A DNA stretch of 64,000 nt from an uncultured Gemmatimonadaceae bacterium (GTDB lineage Bacteria; Latescibacterota; UBA2968; UBA8231): the NCBI GenBank assembly GCA_964591015.1, contig CAZPXM010000004.1:10517-74516 (forward strand), read 5' to 3'. The notes beneath the pieces are model-generated. The model saw nothing but the letters and a program-made list of their open reading frames with translations, did no database searches and had not been told where the DNA came from. This document shows positions 18,611 through 27,824 of the stretch, in pieces. The number at the start of each line of letters is the position of its first letter. The first letter of the stretch is position 1. The translations under genes were made by a program, and so were the position numbers.

Positions 18611-18932
18611 GCGCACCCGCTCCAGGCAGGGACTCCGGTATCCGGCCAGCGCGCCGCCGTGGCGCGCACCCGGCGGGCCCGAGCGACGTGCCGGGCGCCG
18701 CCGCGACAAGGCTGCCGGTGAAGATAGGCCACGGTTGGTGCCCGTCCCAGGGGCCGGCGGACGACCGCCGCCGGCCCCTGCTCGGCGGGCTGCCGGCTGC
18801 CCGCCGCTGCCGCGCCTTGCAGCGGGCTTGCCGGTGCCGGGCCGCGCCGCGATATTGCCCTCGTCGCAAGCGGCTGCGGCCCGTGCGCGGGGCCGTCCCG
18901 AGAGTCATCTGGTGATCCGGGAGCACCGATCG

Positions 18933-19538
18933 ATGCGCCTGGAAGCACCCCCGCTGCTGCTGGATCTGGACGAGGACTGCGACGGGGATCCGGTGCTGGA
19001 GTGGCGTGCCGTGTTCGGCTCGGACCATCCGGTGGAGCTGGAGATCGGCGTCGGCAAGGGACGCTTCCTGCTCGATGCCGCGGCGCGCCACCCCGAGGTC
19101 AACTACGTCGGCGTCGAGTGGGCGGGCAAGTACCTCCGCCTGGCCGCGTCCAGGGGGTGGCGACGGGGTCTGACCAACCTGCGTTTCGCCAAGGCAGACG
19201 GACGCGAGTTCATCGAGTTCTTCGTGGCCAGCGAGTCGCTGGCGGCGGTCCATGTGCTGTTCCCGGACCCCTGGCCGAAGAAACGGCATCACAAGCGGCG
19301 CCTCGTGAACTCCTCCTTCCTCGACGAGGTCGAGCGCACGCTGCAGCCTGGCGGACGTCTGTGGCTGGTCACGGACCACGCCGAGTACTTCGCCAGCATG
19401 CAGGAGGCGCTGGCAGCACGGGACGGCCTCCGTCCCGTCGACGCTCTGTGGGCCGGGGCTCGCACGAACTACGAGGAGAAGTACCTCAGCCAGGGTCGGC
19501 CCATCTACCGCGTGGTCGCCGAGAAGGTGTCGGCCTGA
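18933..19538 (+). CDS. trmB: tRNA (guanine46-N7)-methyltransferase
   Basis: From MRLEAPPLLLDLDEDCDG. Signatures LEIGVGKGRFLLDAA (SAM binding), VHVLFPDPWPKKRHHKRRL and PGGRLWLVTD. The 108 N-terminal residues of the track ORF overlap the divergent bla-like gene and are not coding. Confidence 0.8.
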   Translation: MRLEAPPLLLDLDEDCDGDPVLEWRAVFGSDHPVELEIGVGKGRFLLDAAARHPEVNYVGVEWAGKYLRLAASRGWRRGLTNLRFAKADGREFIEFFVASESLAAVHVLFPDPWPKKRHHKRRLVNSSFLDEVERTLQPGGRLWLVTDHAEYFASMQEALAARDGLRPVDALWAGARTNYEEKYLSQGRPIYRVVAEKVSA

Positions 19539-19774
19539 GCGCCGCGACCAGGGGCGCGCCCGACGCGCGGCGGTTCGAGCGTCGCCGCCCGCTCTGAGGT
19601 GCCAGAGCGGCTGGCCTCGGTGGCGCCGGCGCTGCCGCTGCGCCGGCTCGCGGGCGGCTTGCCGGGCGGCAGCACGCCTGGCGTCCGCGCTTTCCTCCAG
19701 GCCGGGGCCCGGATACGGGGCGGTCGTAGTCCAGACGAGCTGAACGGGTAACGCGGGTCCCCCCAAAAAAACCG

Positions 19775-19803
19775 TTGACAGGCGCGAGTCAGGGGTGTAG
19801 TAT
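19775..19803 (+). promoter_or_regulatory. sigma70-type promoter of the dcw (mraZ) operon: TTGACA - 17 bp - TAGTAT
   Basis: ccgTTGACAggcgcgagtcaggggtgTAGTATtgcc lies ~80 bp upstream of the mraZ ATG, preceded by an A-tract (ccccccAAAAAAAcc) that is unusual in this GC-rich DNA. Confidence 0.5.
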
Positions 19804-19811
19804 TGCCGCGA

Positions 19812-19866
19812 GGTGGTGCAAAATGGGGGGCGAGGGCGGAATAGGGTGGAAAGGGGAGCGCCGCTT
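19812..19866 (+). promoter_or_regulatory. candidate MraZ operator: G-tract motifs phased at 10 bp between the -10 box and mraZ
   Basis: ggtggtgcaa|aatggggggc|gagggcggaa|tagggtggaa|aggggagcgc. Each consecutive 10-mer carries a (T/A)GGG(G/T)G-like motif. This resembles the TGGGN direct repeats with 10-bp periodicity bound by MraZ in E. coli and B. subtilis. Confidence 0.35.
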
Positions 19867-19880
19867 CGGAGCCGTTCGGC

Positions 19881-20321
19881 ATGTGGCAATTCCTGGGCCA
19901 GTTCGAGATCCCGGTCGACGACAAGGGGCGCGTCTTCGTCCCCGTCGAGCTCCGCCGCAAGATGCCGCCTGAGGCTGCGGACACGCTCATCGTGACCCGC
20001 GGCTTCGATCGCTGCCTCATCGCCTACCCGCTGCCCGAGTGGGAGAAGGTGGCAGCGAAGATCATGCAGTTGCCGCAGACGGATCCAGACGCGCGGATGC
20101 TGGTGCGGAGCATGCTGTCACAGGCGGCGGAGACCCGGCTCGACCGGCAGGGACGGATCGCCGTGCCGAAGATGCTGCTGGGCCGCGCCGGGATCGCCGA
20201 CCGCATGGTCATCGTCGGGCAGCTCACCCGCATGGAGATGTGGAATCCAGCAGACTGGCAGCCGACGCTGGAAGAAGCCGACGGCAAGATGGAGAGAGTC
20301 GCGCGCAACTACATGCTCTAG
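19881..20321 (+). CDS. mraZ: transcriptional regulator MraZ
   Basis: 146 aa with two DXXXR-type MraZ repeats (PVDDKGRVFVPVELRRKM... and RLDRQGRIAVPKMLLGRAG). First gene of the dcw cluster. Confidence 0.9.
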   Translation: MWQFLGQFEIPVDDKGRVFVPVELRRKMPPEAADTLIVTRGFDRCLIAYPLPEWEKVAAKIMQLPQTDPDARMLVRSMLSQAAETRLDRQGRIAVPKMLLGRAGIADRMVIVGQLTRMEMWNPADWQPTLEEADGKMERVARNYML

Positions 20322-20330
20322 ACGACCTGC

Positions 20331-21269
20331 ATGGGGTTCCACGTACCGGTCATGGCCAGGGAAGCAGTCGCGCACTTGGTGGTGGACCCAGCCGCCACCT
20401 ACATCGATGCCACCGCGGGCGGTGGCGGCCACAGCGCGGCAATCGCGGCTGCCCTGCGCGCCTCCGGACGTCTGCTGGCCATCGATCGGGATGCAGCCGC
20501 CGTGGCGGCGTCCCGCGCACGCCTGGCTCCCTTCGGCGACCGGGTGCAGGTGGTGAACGCCGACTATGCGGCCATGGCGGCGTGCTGCCGTCGCTGCGGC
20601 ATCCAGTCAGTGCGCGGTGTGCTGTTCGATCTCGGTGTGTCCTCGCACCAGATCGACACTCCGGCCCGCGGGTTCAGTCACCGCGCCAGCGGACCACTCG
20701 ACATGCGCATGGACGAGCGTCAGCCGGAGACGGCCGCTGCCTGGCTGGCGCGGGCCTCTGTCGAGGCCATCGCGCGCGCCTTGCGCGACTACGGCGAAGA
20801 GCGCGCTGCCCGGCGCGTGGCCCGCGCGATCGTCGCGCGCCGGCAGCGAGGCGAGTTGCGCACCACTGCCGATCTCCGCGCCGCGGTCATGGCCTGCCGG
20901 CCGACCGCGCCGAACAAGACGCTGGCACGTGTCTTCCAGGCGATCCGGATCGTGGTCAACGCCGAACTCGCGCAGCTCGAGCGGGGGCTGGAGGAGGCAG
21001 CGGCCCTGCTGGAGCCCGGCGGCCGGTTGGTCGTGCTCACCTACCAGTCGGGCGAGGATCGCGTGGTCAAGCGCAAGATGGAGGGGCTGGTGCGCGGCTG
21101 CATATGCCCGCCGCGGGCGCCCGTATGCACCTGCGGTCGCCTGCCGACGTTCCGCCGGGCAGTGCGGCGGCCGCTGCGGGCCGCGGCCGCAGAGATCGCC
21201 GCCAACCCGCGGGCGCGCAGCGCCCGCCTGCGGGTGTACGAGAAGCTGGGAGAAGAAGCTGCGAGGTGA
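20331..21269 (+). CDS. rsmH: 16S rRNA (cytosine1402-N4)-methyltransferase RsmH/MraW
   Basis: MGFHVPVMAREAVAHLVVDPAATYIDATAGGGGHSAAI...LFDLGVSSHQID...RVFQAIRIVVNAEL are canonical RsmH motifs. Immediately downstream of mraZ. Confidence 0.9.
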   Translation: MGFHVPVMAREAVAHLVVDPAATYIDATAGGGGHSAAIAAALRASGRLLAIDRDAAAVAASRARLAPFGDRVQVVNADYAAMAACCRRCGIQSVRGVLFDLGVSSHQIDTPARGFSHRASGPLDMRMDERQPETAAAWLARASVEAIARALRDYGEERAARRVARAIVARRQRGELRTTADLRAAVMACRPTAPNKTLARVFQAIRIVVNAELAQLERGLEEAAALLEPGGRLVVLTYQSGEDRVVKRKMEGLVRGCICPPRAPVCTCGRLPTFRRAVRRPLRAAAAEIAANPRARSARLRVYEKLGEEAAR

Positions 21270-21274
21270 AGGCC

Positions 21275-21598
21275 ATGGCTAGGCGCGGGCGTGCATACAG
21301 GGGGCCGATCGTGGCCGCGTGCCGGACGGCGATGTGGCTCGTCCTGGTGGTGGCGGCAAGCATCGTCTTCCTCGAGGAGAAGGTGCAGCTCGACGAGATG
21401 GCGCGGCAGATCGACCAGGCGGACCGCCACAGCGGCCGCCTGCGCGAGGAGCGGTCGCAGTTGCTGGGCCTGATCGTCTTCGGGCAGAAGCCGGGCACGA
21501 TCGAGCGGATCGCGCGCGGGCGGCTCGCCATGGGCTATCCAGCCGGCCGGCTCGACGAACTGACCTACGACGCGCTCGCCGAGGATCTGCCCGAGTGA
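21275..21598 (+). CDS. ftsL: cell division protein FtsL-like (small bitopic coiled-coil protein)
   Basis: 107 aa, MARRGRAYRGPIVAACRTAMWLVLVVAASIVFLEEKVQLDEMARQIDQ..., with a single TM followed by a coiled coil. It sits in the canonical position between rsmH and ftsI. Its stop overlaps the ftsI GTG start (GTGA). Confidence 0.55.
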   Translation: MARRGRAYRGPIVAACRTAMWLVLVVAASIVFLEEKVQLDEMARQIDQADRHSGRLREERSQLLGLIVFGQKPGTIERIARGRLAMGYPAGRLDELTYDALAEDLPE

Positions 21599-23628
21599 GA
21601 CCGCTCAGCCACACTCCTTCGCCGGCCGAGTCGGCGCCCTTGCGGCTGCGCGTGGTGGCGGCGTGCTGGGCTGTCTTCTGCGTGGTCCTGGTGCTGCGCC
21701 TGGTGCAGGTGCAGGCGTGGCGCCACGAGCACTACGTTCGGCAGAGCGATGGGCAGGCGCAGCGCCGCGGCACCCTGAAGGCGGAGCGCGGCCGGATCCT
21801 GGACAGGCGGGGCAACGTTCTGGCGGTCGATCTCCGCTCCGTATCGATCTTCGCGGAGCCGCACAAGGTGGCCGAACCCGAGGCCGTCGCCAGCCACCTG
21901 GCGAGCGTCACCGGTCAGCCAGCGCACCGCCTGCTCAGCCAGCTGCAGAGCGGCAAGAGCTTCGTGTACCTGGCCCGGCAGCTCGACCGCGTGGCCGCGG
22001 TGCGGGCGATGAGCAAGGATTTCACCGGCGTCCACACGCAGTTCGAGGTCCGGCGTCTGTACCCGCAGGGGCCACTTGCGGCCCAGGTCCTCGGCTTCAC
22101 GAACGTCGACAACCGCGGCAACAACGGTCTCGAGTACGCCCTGGACGAGCTGGTGAGCGGGGTAGACGGCGAGGAGAAGTGGCAGGTAGATGCCGAGAAG
22201 GTCCGCGTGGCGGGCTCGACTCGCCAGGTGCGTCCGCCCCGCGACGGCTGCACCGTCGTGCTGACCCTCGACATGGTCTACCAGGACATTCTCGAACAGG
22301 AACTCGCCGCTGCCATGGACAGCAGCCGCGCTGACGCCGCCATGGGGATCATCATGGACCCGCGCAGCGCCGAGATCCTGGCCATGGCCAACGTGCCGCT
22401 GTTCGATCCGAATCGACCCGGAGAGGGGAGCAGCGAGTATCACCGCAACCGCACGGTCACCGACCCCTACGAGCCTGGGTCGACGTTCAAGATCATCAGC
22501 CTCTCGGGTGTGCTGGCCCACGGGCGCGCGTCGCCCGAGGAGCCCATGTTCTGCGGCCAGGGCCGCCTGCGTCTGCCCAACGGCCACACGATCCGGGACC
22601 ACCACCCCTACGGCACCCTGAGCTTCCGCGAGGTCATCGAGAAGTCCAGCAACATCGGCACCATCCGCTTCGTCCAGAGACTGTCGCGGCGCGAGCTGTA
22701 CGAACACCTGCGGTGCTTCGGGCTCGGTACCCGGACTGGCACCGAACTGCCGGGAGAGGCGTCCGGCATGCTCGCCCAGGTGCAGAACTGGTCCGACCGA
22801 ACGCTCGAGACTATCGCCATCGGCCAGGAGATCAGCCTCACGGCGCTGCAGCTTGCGGTGGCCGTGTCTGCCGTGGCCAACGGCGGCCGGCTCCTGACGC
22901 CGCAGATCGTCAAGGGAGTCCTGCACCCCGACGGCTCCTACGAGCCGCGCACGGCCGCGCCGGTGCGCCAGGTCATCTCCAGCGAGGTGGCGGCGCGCAT
23001 GCGCGACATCCTGGTGGGGGTAGTGGAGAAGGGCACCGGCAAGCTGGCCCGGATCGAGGGCGTCGCGATCGCGGGAAAGACGGGCACAGCACAGAAGGCC
23101 GCCAAGAGCGGGGGCTACGAGCGCGGCAGCTACATGGTCTCGTTCATCGGCTTCCTGCCGGCGGATGACCCGAAACTGCTCTGTCTCGTCGTGGTGGACA
23201 ATCCGCGTCTCAATGCGTGGGGCGGAACGATTGCGGCGCCGGCCTTTCGCCGTGTGGTCGAGCGCATCCTCCATCTTCCCGAAGGCTCGCGGCTGCGGTC
23301 GCCGGCACCTGGGCGGGAAGAGGAGCGCGAGCAGCTGCTCGCGTCGGTCCCCGATCTGCGCGGCATGACACGCCAGACCGCACGGTACCAGGCCAGCCTC
23401 CGCGGGTTGTCGGTGACCTTCGCAGGGGAGGGGGACCTGGTGGTGGCCCAGGAGCCAGCGCCCGGGGTCTGCTCGCGGGACGAGCTGGGCCAGATCGTCT
23501 GCACGTTGGGCGAGGTACAGCCGGCCGATTTCGACTTCCAGCAGGTGCCGCCGGGGCTGGCCCGGCAGGTGCAGCTGCTGCGGGCGCTCGTTCCCAGCGA
23601 GGAGCCGGAGAGGGTGGCGGAGATCTGA
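21595..23628 (+). CDS. ftsI: peptidoglycan D,D-transpeptidase FtsI (PBP3-class) with C-terminal PASTA-like domain
   Basis: From the GTG at 21595 (VRPLSHTPS...). It has an N-terminal TM, a dimerisation domain, and transpeptidase motifs STFK (GSTFKIISL), SxN and KTGT (AGKTGTAQKA). The C-terminal ~60 aa (VPDLRGMTRQTARYQASLRGLSVTFAGEGDLVVAQEPAPG) are PASTA-like. Confidence 0.85.
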   Translation: MRPLSHTPSPAESAPLRLRVVAACWAVFCVVLVLRLVQVQAWRHEHYVRQSDGQAQRRGTLKAERGRILDRRGNVLAVDLRSVSIFAEPHKVAEPEAVASHLASVTGQPAHRLLSQLQSGKSFVYLARQLDRVAAVRAMSKDFTGVHTQFEVRRLYPQGPLAAQVLGFTNVDNRGNNGLEYALDELVSGVDGEEKWQVDAEKVRVAGSTRQVRPPRDGCTVVLTLDMVYQDILEQELAAAMDSSRADAAMGIIMDPRSAEILAMANVPLFDPNRPGEGSSEYHRNRTVTDPYEPGSTFKIISLSGVLAHGRASPEEPMFCGQGRLRLPNGHTIRDHHPYGTLSFREVIEKSSNIGTIRFVQRLSRRELYEHLRCFGLGTRTGTELPGEASGMLAQVQNWSDRTLETIAIGQEISLTALQLAVAVSAVANGGRLLTPQIVKGVLHPDGSYEPRTAAPVRQVISSEVAARMRDILVGVVEKGTGKLARIEGVAIAGKTGTAQKAAKSGGYERGSYMVSFIGFLPADDPKLLCLVVVDNPRLNAWGGTIAAPAFRRVVERILHLPEGSRLRSPAPGREEEREQLLASVPDLRGMTRQTARYQASLRGLSVTFAGEGDLVVAQEPAPGVCSRDELGQIVCTLGEVQPADFDFQQVPPGLARQVQLLRALVPSEEPERVAEI

Positions 23629-23632
23629 GACG

Positions 23633-25114
23633 ATGGCCACGCTCCTGCGCGATCTGCTGCAGCACGTCCCGGCGTACCGGCTCGAAGGGAGCGGCGCCGT
23701 GACGATCAGCGGCGTGTTCTGCGACTCGCGCGAGGTACGTCCCGGCGGCCTCTTCGCCGCAGTGAGCGGCGGGCAGGAACGCGACCGGCACGAGTTCGTC
23801 GGCGATGCGGTCCAGCGGGGCGCCGCGGCCCTGCTCGTCGACCGATCGGTGGGCAGCCAGCCGTGCGCGGTGGTCCGGGTCGACGACGCGCGTGGCGCTC
23901 TGGCGCAGGTCGCGGCTGCCTTCTACGGCAGGCCGGGCGACGCGCTGCGCCTGATCGGGGTGACAGGCACCAACGGCAAGACGACCACCGCGCTTCTGGT
24001 GCGGCACATGCTGAGCGCTGCGGGCGAGCCGTGCGGGTACCTGGGCACGCTGGGCGTGCAGGCCGCCAGCGGCAACTCCAGCCTGCGCAACACGACGCCG
24101 GAGGCGCCGGTGCTGCACGCCGAGCTGCGCCGTCTGGTCGACAGCGGCCACCGCGCCGCCGTGCTCGAGGTGTCCTCGCACGGCCTGGTCCTGCGCCGGG
24201 TCGCCGGTCTCCGCTTCGCTGTCGGCGTGTTCACCAACCTGACGCGCGATCATCTCGACTTCCATGGCACCCAGGAAAACTACCTGGATGCCAAGGGGCT
24301 GCTCTTCGCCAGTCTGGACCGGGAGGCGGTGGCCGTATTGAACGCGGATGACGCGCATGCCAGCGCGTTGCGGGCACGGTGCGCGGGCACGGTCGTGACG
24401 TACGGGCGGCACCAGGAGACGGACTACCGCATCGAGGCGATCGAGCCCCTGCCTGCCGGGACGCGCCTGCGGTTGCGGTGGAAGGGAGGCGTGCTGGCCC
24501 TGGAGACGCGCCTGCATGGCGAGTTCAATGCCTACAACGTGGCCGCCGCGGCCGCCTGCTGTCTGGAGCTCGGCGCGGACGAGGCCGCCGTGCGCGAGGG
24601 ACTGCGGGCGCTGGTGCGGGTGGCCGGGCGCTTCGAGGCGGTGGACGTCGGTCAGCCGTTCCGGGTGATCGTCGACTACGCGCACACGCCGGACGGCCTG
24701 TGCAGCGTGCTGCGCGCGGCGCGCCAGCTCACGCGGGGCCGGCTGTTCTGCGTCTTCGGGTGCGGCGGTGACCGCGATCCCGGCAAGCGGCCCCTGATGG
24801 GACGCGTCGTCGAGGATCTGGCCGATGTCCCCGTGGTGACGTCGGACAATCCGCGCAGCGAGGATCCGGAGGCGATCATCGCCGCGATCCTCGCGGGCAT
24901 GGCGAGGCCGCAGGCCGCGACGGTCGACGCAGACCGGCGGGCCGCCATCCAGTTCGCCCTGGCGCAGGCCCGTCCAGGGGACACGGTGGTGATCGCTGGC
25001 AAGGGGCATGAGCAGGGCCAGATCATCGGTTCGAAGATTTTTCCATTCGATGACGTTGTTGTGGCACGTGAGTTGCTAACTACGCCACAAGTTGTGGTCG
25101 AGGAGAGGGCATGA
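23633..25114 (+). CDS. murE: UDP-N-acetylmuramoyl-L-alanyl-D-glutamate--2,6-diaminopimelate ligase
   Basis: GVTGTNGKTTT P-loop, DNPR motif (SDNPRSEDP), Mur ligase middle and C domains. Position after ftsI. Confidence 0.9.
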   Translation: MATLLRDLLQHVPAYRLEGSGAVTISGVFCDSREVRPGGLFAAVSGGQERDRHEFVGDAVQRGAAALLVDRSVGSQPCAVVRVDDARGALAQVAAAFYGRPGDALRLIGVTGTNGKTTTALLVRHMLSAAGEPCGYLGTLGVQAASGNSSLRNTTPEAPVLHAELRRLVDSGHRAAVLEVSSHGLVLRRVAGLRFAVGVFTNLTRDHLDFHGTQENYLDAKGLLFASLDREAVAVLNADDAHASALRARCAGTVVTYGRHQETDYRIEAIEPLPAGTRLRLRWKGGVLALETRLHGEFNAYNVAAAAACCLELGADEAAVREGLRALVRVAGRFEAVDVGQPFRVIVDYAHTPDGLCSVLRAARQLTRGRLFCVFGCGGDRDPGKRPLMGRVVEDLADVPVVTSDNPRSEDPEAIIAAILAGMARPQAATVDADRRAAIQFALAQARPGDTVVIAGKGHEQGQIIGSKIFPFDDVVVARELLTTPQVVVEERA

Positions 25115-26496
25115 TGCAAGGGGTTGCCCTCGAGGCGATAATTCAGTGGACGGATGCGCAGGTTGTTGGTATCTTAGGGCCCGCCTGTCAGGGCGTCGCC
25201 GTGTGCGGCGTGGCGACCGACAGCCGGGCCGTCGCCCCAGGAGAGGTGTTCGTCGCTCTGCGCGGGGAGCGATTCGACGGCCACGACTTCGTCGGCGCCG
25301 CTCTGGAGAAGGGAGCGGTTGCCGCCGTCGTCGAGCGTGGCTGGGCAGCCGGGCACGCGCGCGAGCACCGGGGACCGTTGCTGGCTGTCGAGTCGCCTCT
25401 GGCCGCTCTGGGGGCCATGGCCCGCGGCTACCGGCAGCGCTTCCAGGTTCCGGTGATCGCGGTCGTGGGCAGTGCGGGCAAGACGACCACCAAGGAGATG
25501 ATAGCTGCGGTCCTGGCGGGCCGCCTGCGCGTGCTGAAAAACCGCGGCAACGAGAACAACGAGATCGGCGTTCCCAAGACGCTGCTCGAACTGGACTCGA
25601 CCTGCCAGGCAGTCGTCCTGGAGATGGCGGCCCGGCAGGTGGGCGACATCGCGTATCTGTGCTCCATCGCGCAGCCTAACTTCGGCCTGTTGCTGAACAT
25701 AGGCAGCGCGCATCTGGGGGTGTTCGGCACTGTAGAGAGAGTGGCCAAAGCCAAAGGGGAGATCCTGGGGTATCTGGACGAGTCTTCGACCGCTCTCATC
25801 AACGTCGATGACTGTGTCGTGGCCAGGGAGGCAAAGGCAACAAAGGGGAGGCTCCTTGGCTTCAGTCTGCGACACGAGAGCGCGTTTCGTGGGGAGGGAC
25901 TCGTGCTCGACCAGGATGGCTGCGGCCACTTCTCTCTACAGGACACCTCCTTCCGTCTCCGCGTCCCGGGTCGACACAACGTGTACAATGCGCTGGCGGC
26001 TGCCGCCACCGGGCATCTGCACGGAGTCCCGTGGCCCGAGATCGCCGAGGCTCTGGCGGCGTTCGCGCCGGTGACGATGCGATCCGCCGTTCACCGGCGC
26101 TGCGGCTGGTCGGTCCTGGACGACAGCTACAACGCCAATCCCGAATCCGTCTGCGCAGCCCTCGACACGCTGGCCGCGATGGATGCCCGGCGCCGCATCG
26201 CCGTTCTCGGCGACATGCTCGAGCTGGGGCCGGCTGGCCCGCAGCTGCACCGCGAGCTCGGGGAGCGCGTGGCCGCCAGTGGGGTGGCGTTGCTGCTCAC
26301 CGTCGGCCCGTTGAGCCAGCACACGGCGGCGGGGGCGGCGGCGGCCGGGATGCCGCCGGCTGCCGTGCGGCACTTCGAGGGCGGCGGCGCGCTGGCCCAG
26401 CACCTGCGGGGGCTGCTCCGGCCAGGAGACCTCGTCCTCGTCAAAGGTTCGCGCGCCACCAGACTGGACGAGGTCGTCGCGGCTGTGCTGCACTGA
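25111..26496 (+). CDS. murF: UDP-N-acetylmuramoyl-tripeptide--D-alanyl-D-alanine ligase
   Basis: VVGSAGKTTTKEM P-loop, SYNANPES motif, overlaps the murE stop (ATGA). Confidence 0.9.
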   Translation: MMQGVALEAIIQWTDAQVVGILGPACQGVAVCGVATDSRAVAPGEVFVALRGERFDGHDFVGAALEKGAVAAVVERGWAAGHAREHRGPLLAVESPLAALGAMARGYRQRFQVPVIAVVGSAGKTTTKEMIAAVLAGRLRVLKNRGNENNEIGVPKTLLELDSTCQAVVLEMAARQVGDIAYLCSIAQPNFGLLLNIGSAHLGVFGTVERVAKAKGEILGYLDESSTALINVDDCVVAREAKATKGRLLGFSLRHESAFRGEGLVLDQDGCGHFSLQDTSFRLRVPGRHNVYNALAAAATGHLHGVPWPEIAEALAAFAPVTMRSAVHRRCGWSVLDDSYNANPESVCAALDTLAAMDARRRIAVLGDMLELGPAGPQLHRELGERVAASGVALLLTVGPLSQHTAAGAAAAGMPPAAVRHFEGGGALAQHLRGLLRPGDLVLVKGSRATRLDEVVAAVLH

Positions 26497-26600
26497 GTCT
26501 GGCGAGCCGCGCCTCGGCCGCCAGCCGATGGAGTCAGTGGCTACTCGGCGCCCCGCCCACCGGACGCCCTCCCCCCGGACACCAGCGGCAATCGACGGAC

Positions 26601-27824
26601 ATGCGGCCCTCACTCGTGGCGCACCCATGGCGGCCCACCCTCGGTTCGGGGGCCTGGGTGGCCGACAACGCCTTGCCGGACCGGCGGGCCCTGCAGCGCG
26701 CCGGCGTCCATGTGATGCTCATCGCGCTCGCGCTGGCAGGCCTGGGTCTGGCGATGGTCTTCAGCTCCAGCTCGGCGCTGGCCAGAGCCCGGTACGCGGA
26801 CCCGGAGTTCTTCGTGGAGCGCCAGGCCTCCCGCGCAGTGATCGGGGTGGTCGTGATGGCGGTGGTCGCCTGCGTGCCGACCGGCAGGTGGCAGCGGTGG
26901 GCGCGGGGCGTGCTGGTAGTCGGGTGGGCACTGCTGGTGGCGGTCCTGGTGGTGGGCACCGGTCGCGCTGACCGCTCCCTGGAGATTCTGCCGCGGATCT
27001 GGATTCAGCCATCGGAGCTGATGAAGCTGGGGATCGTGGTGTATCTGGCCGATGCTCTGGACCGCCGCCAGCACGCGATGGCCGAGTTCGGCCGGGGGCT
27101 CCTGCCGTCGTTGGCGCTGGTTGGGGTGACCGTCGGCCTCATCGCCCTGCAGCCGGATCTGAGCACGTCAGCGGTGGTGGCCATCCTCGGCGCAACGCTG
27201 ATCTGGGTAGGTGGGGCGCGCACCAAACACCTGGCGCTGCTGGGCGGAGGCGCGGCACTGCTAGGACTGGTTGCGTCCCTGTCTTGCCAGTCCTACCAGA
27301 TGACCCGCATCAGCGACTTCCTGAATGGCGGCAACTACCAGGTGCGGCAGGCGCTCATCGCGCTGGGGACGGGCGGTTGGCTCGGGGTTGGCCTGGGCAA
27401 CAGCGTCCAGAAGCTGCGCTATCTGCCCGAGCCGCACACGGATTTCGTCTTCGCCCTGGTCGGCGAGGAGCTGGGACTGCTGGGGACTCTCAGCGTGGTC
27501 GGCCTGCTGGCCGCCTTCGTCATGAGCGGGCTCAGGATAGCGCGCCAGGCCTCCACCTACCACGCGTACCTGCTGGCGATCGGGGTGACGGCCATGGTCG
27601 CCACCAATGCCATGCTGAACACCGGGGTCGCCACTGGCCTCCTGCCCACCACCGGCCTGCCGCTGCCGTTCATCAGCTACGGCGGGACTTCGTTGCTGGT
27701 CAATCTGGCGGGCGTCGGCATGCTCATCGGCATCTCCCGCGATCGATCGCTCCGGCGAGAGGGAGGCGGCGCGGCAGAGGTCCCAGGGCCGGGCGCGGCT
27801 CCGGCGCGGCGCAGGCTGTGGTGA
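26601..27824 (+). CDS. ftsW: peptidoglycan glycosyltransferase FtsW (SEDS family)
   Basis: From MRPSLVAHPW. 10-TM SEDS pattern (QPSELMKLGIVVYLA..., LPEPHTDFVFALVGEELG, PLPFISYGGTSLL). The upstream 190 aa of track ORF 26031 overlap murF in another frame and are not coding. Confidence 0.85.
   Translation: MRPSLVAHPWRPTLGSGAWVADNALPDRRALQRAGVHVMLIALALAGLGLAMVFSSSSALARARYADPEFFVERQASRAVIGVVVMAVVACVPTGRWQRWARGVLVVGWALLVAVLVVGTGRADRSLEILPRIWIQPSELMKLGIVVYLADALDRRQHAMAEFGRGLLPSLALVGVTVGLIALQPDLSTSAVVAILGATLIWVGGARTKHLALLGGGAALLGLVASLSCQSYQMTRISDFLNGGNYQVRQALIALGTGGWLGVGLGNSVQKLRYLPEPHTDFVFALVGEELGLLGTLSVVGLLAAFVMSGLRIARQASTYHAYLLAIGVTAMVATNAMLNTGVATGLLPTTGLPLPFISYGGTSLLVNLAGVGMLIGISRDRSLRREGGGAAEVPGPGAAPARRRLW

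Noticed and set aside
21565-23640. 691-aa minus-strand ORF opposite ftsI
   Set aside because: Antisense shadow of a clearly identified PBP.
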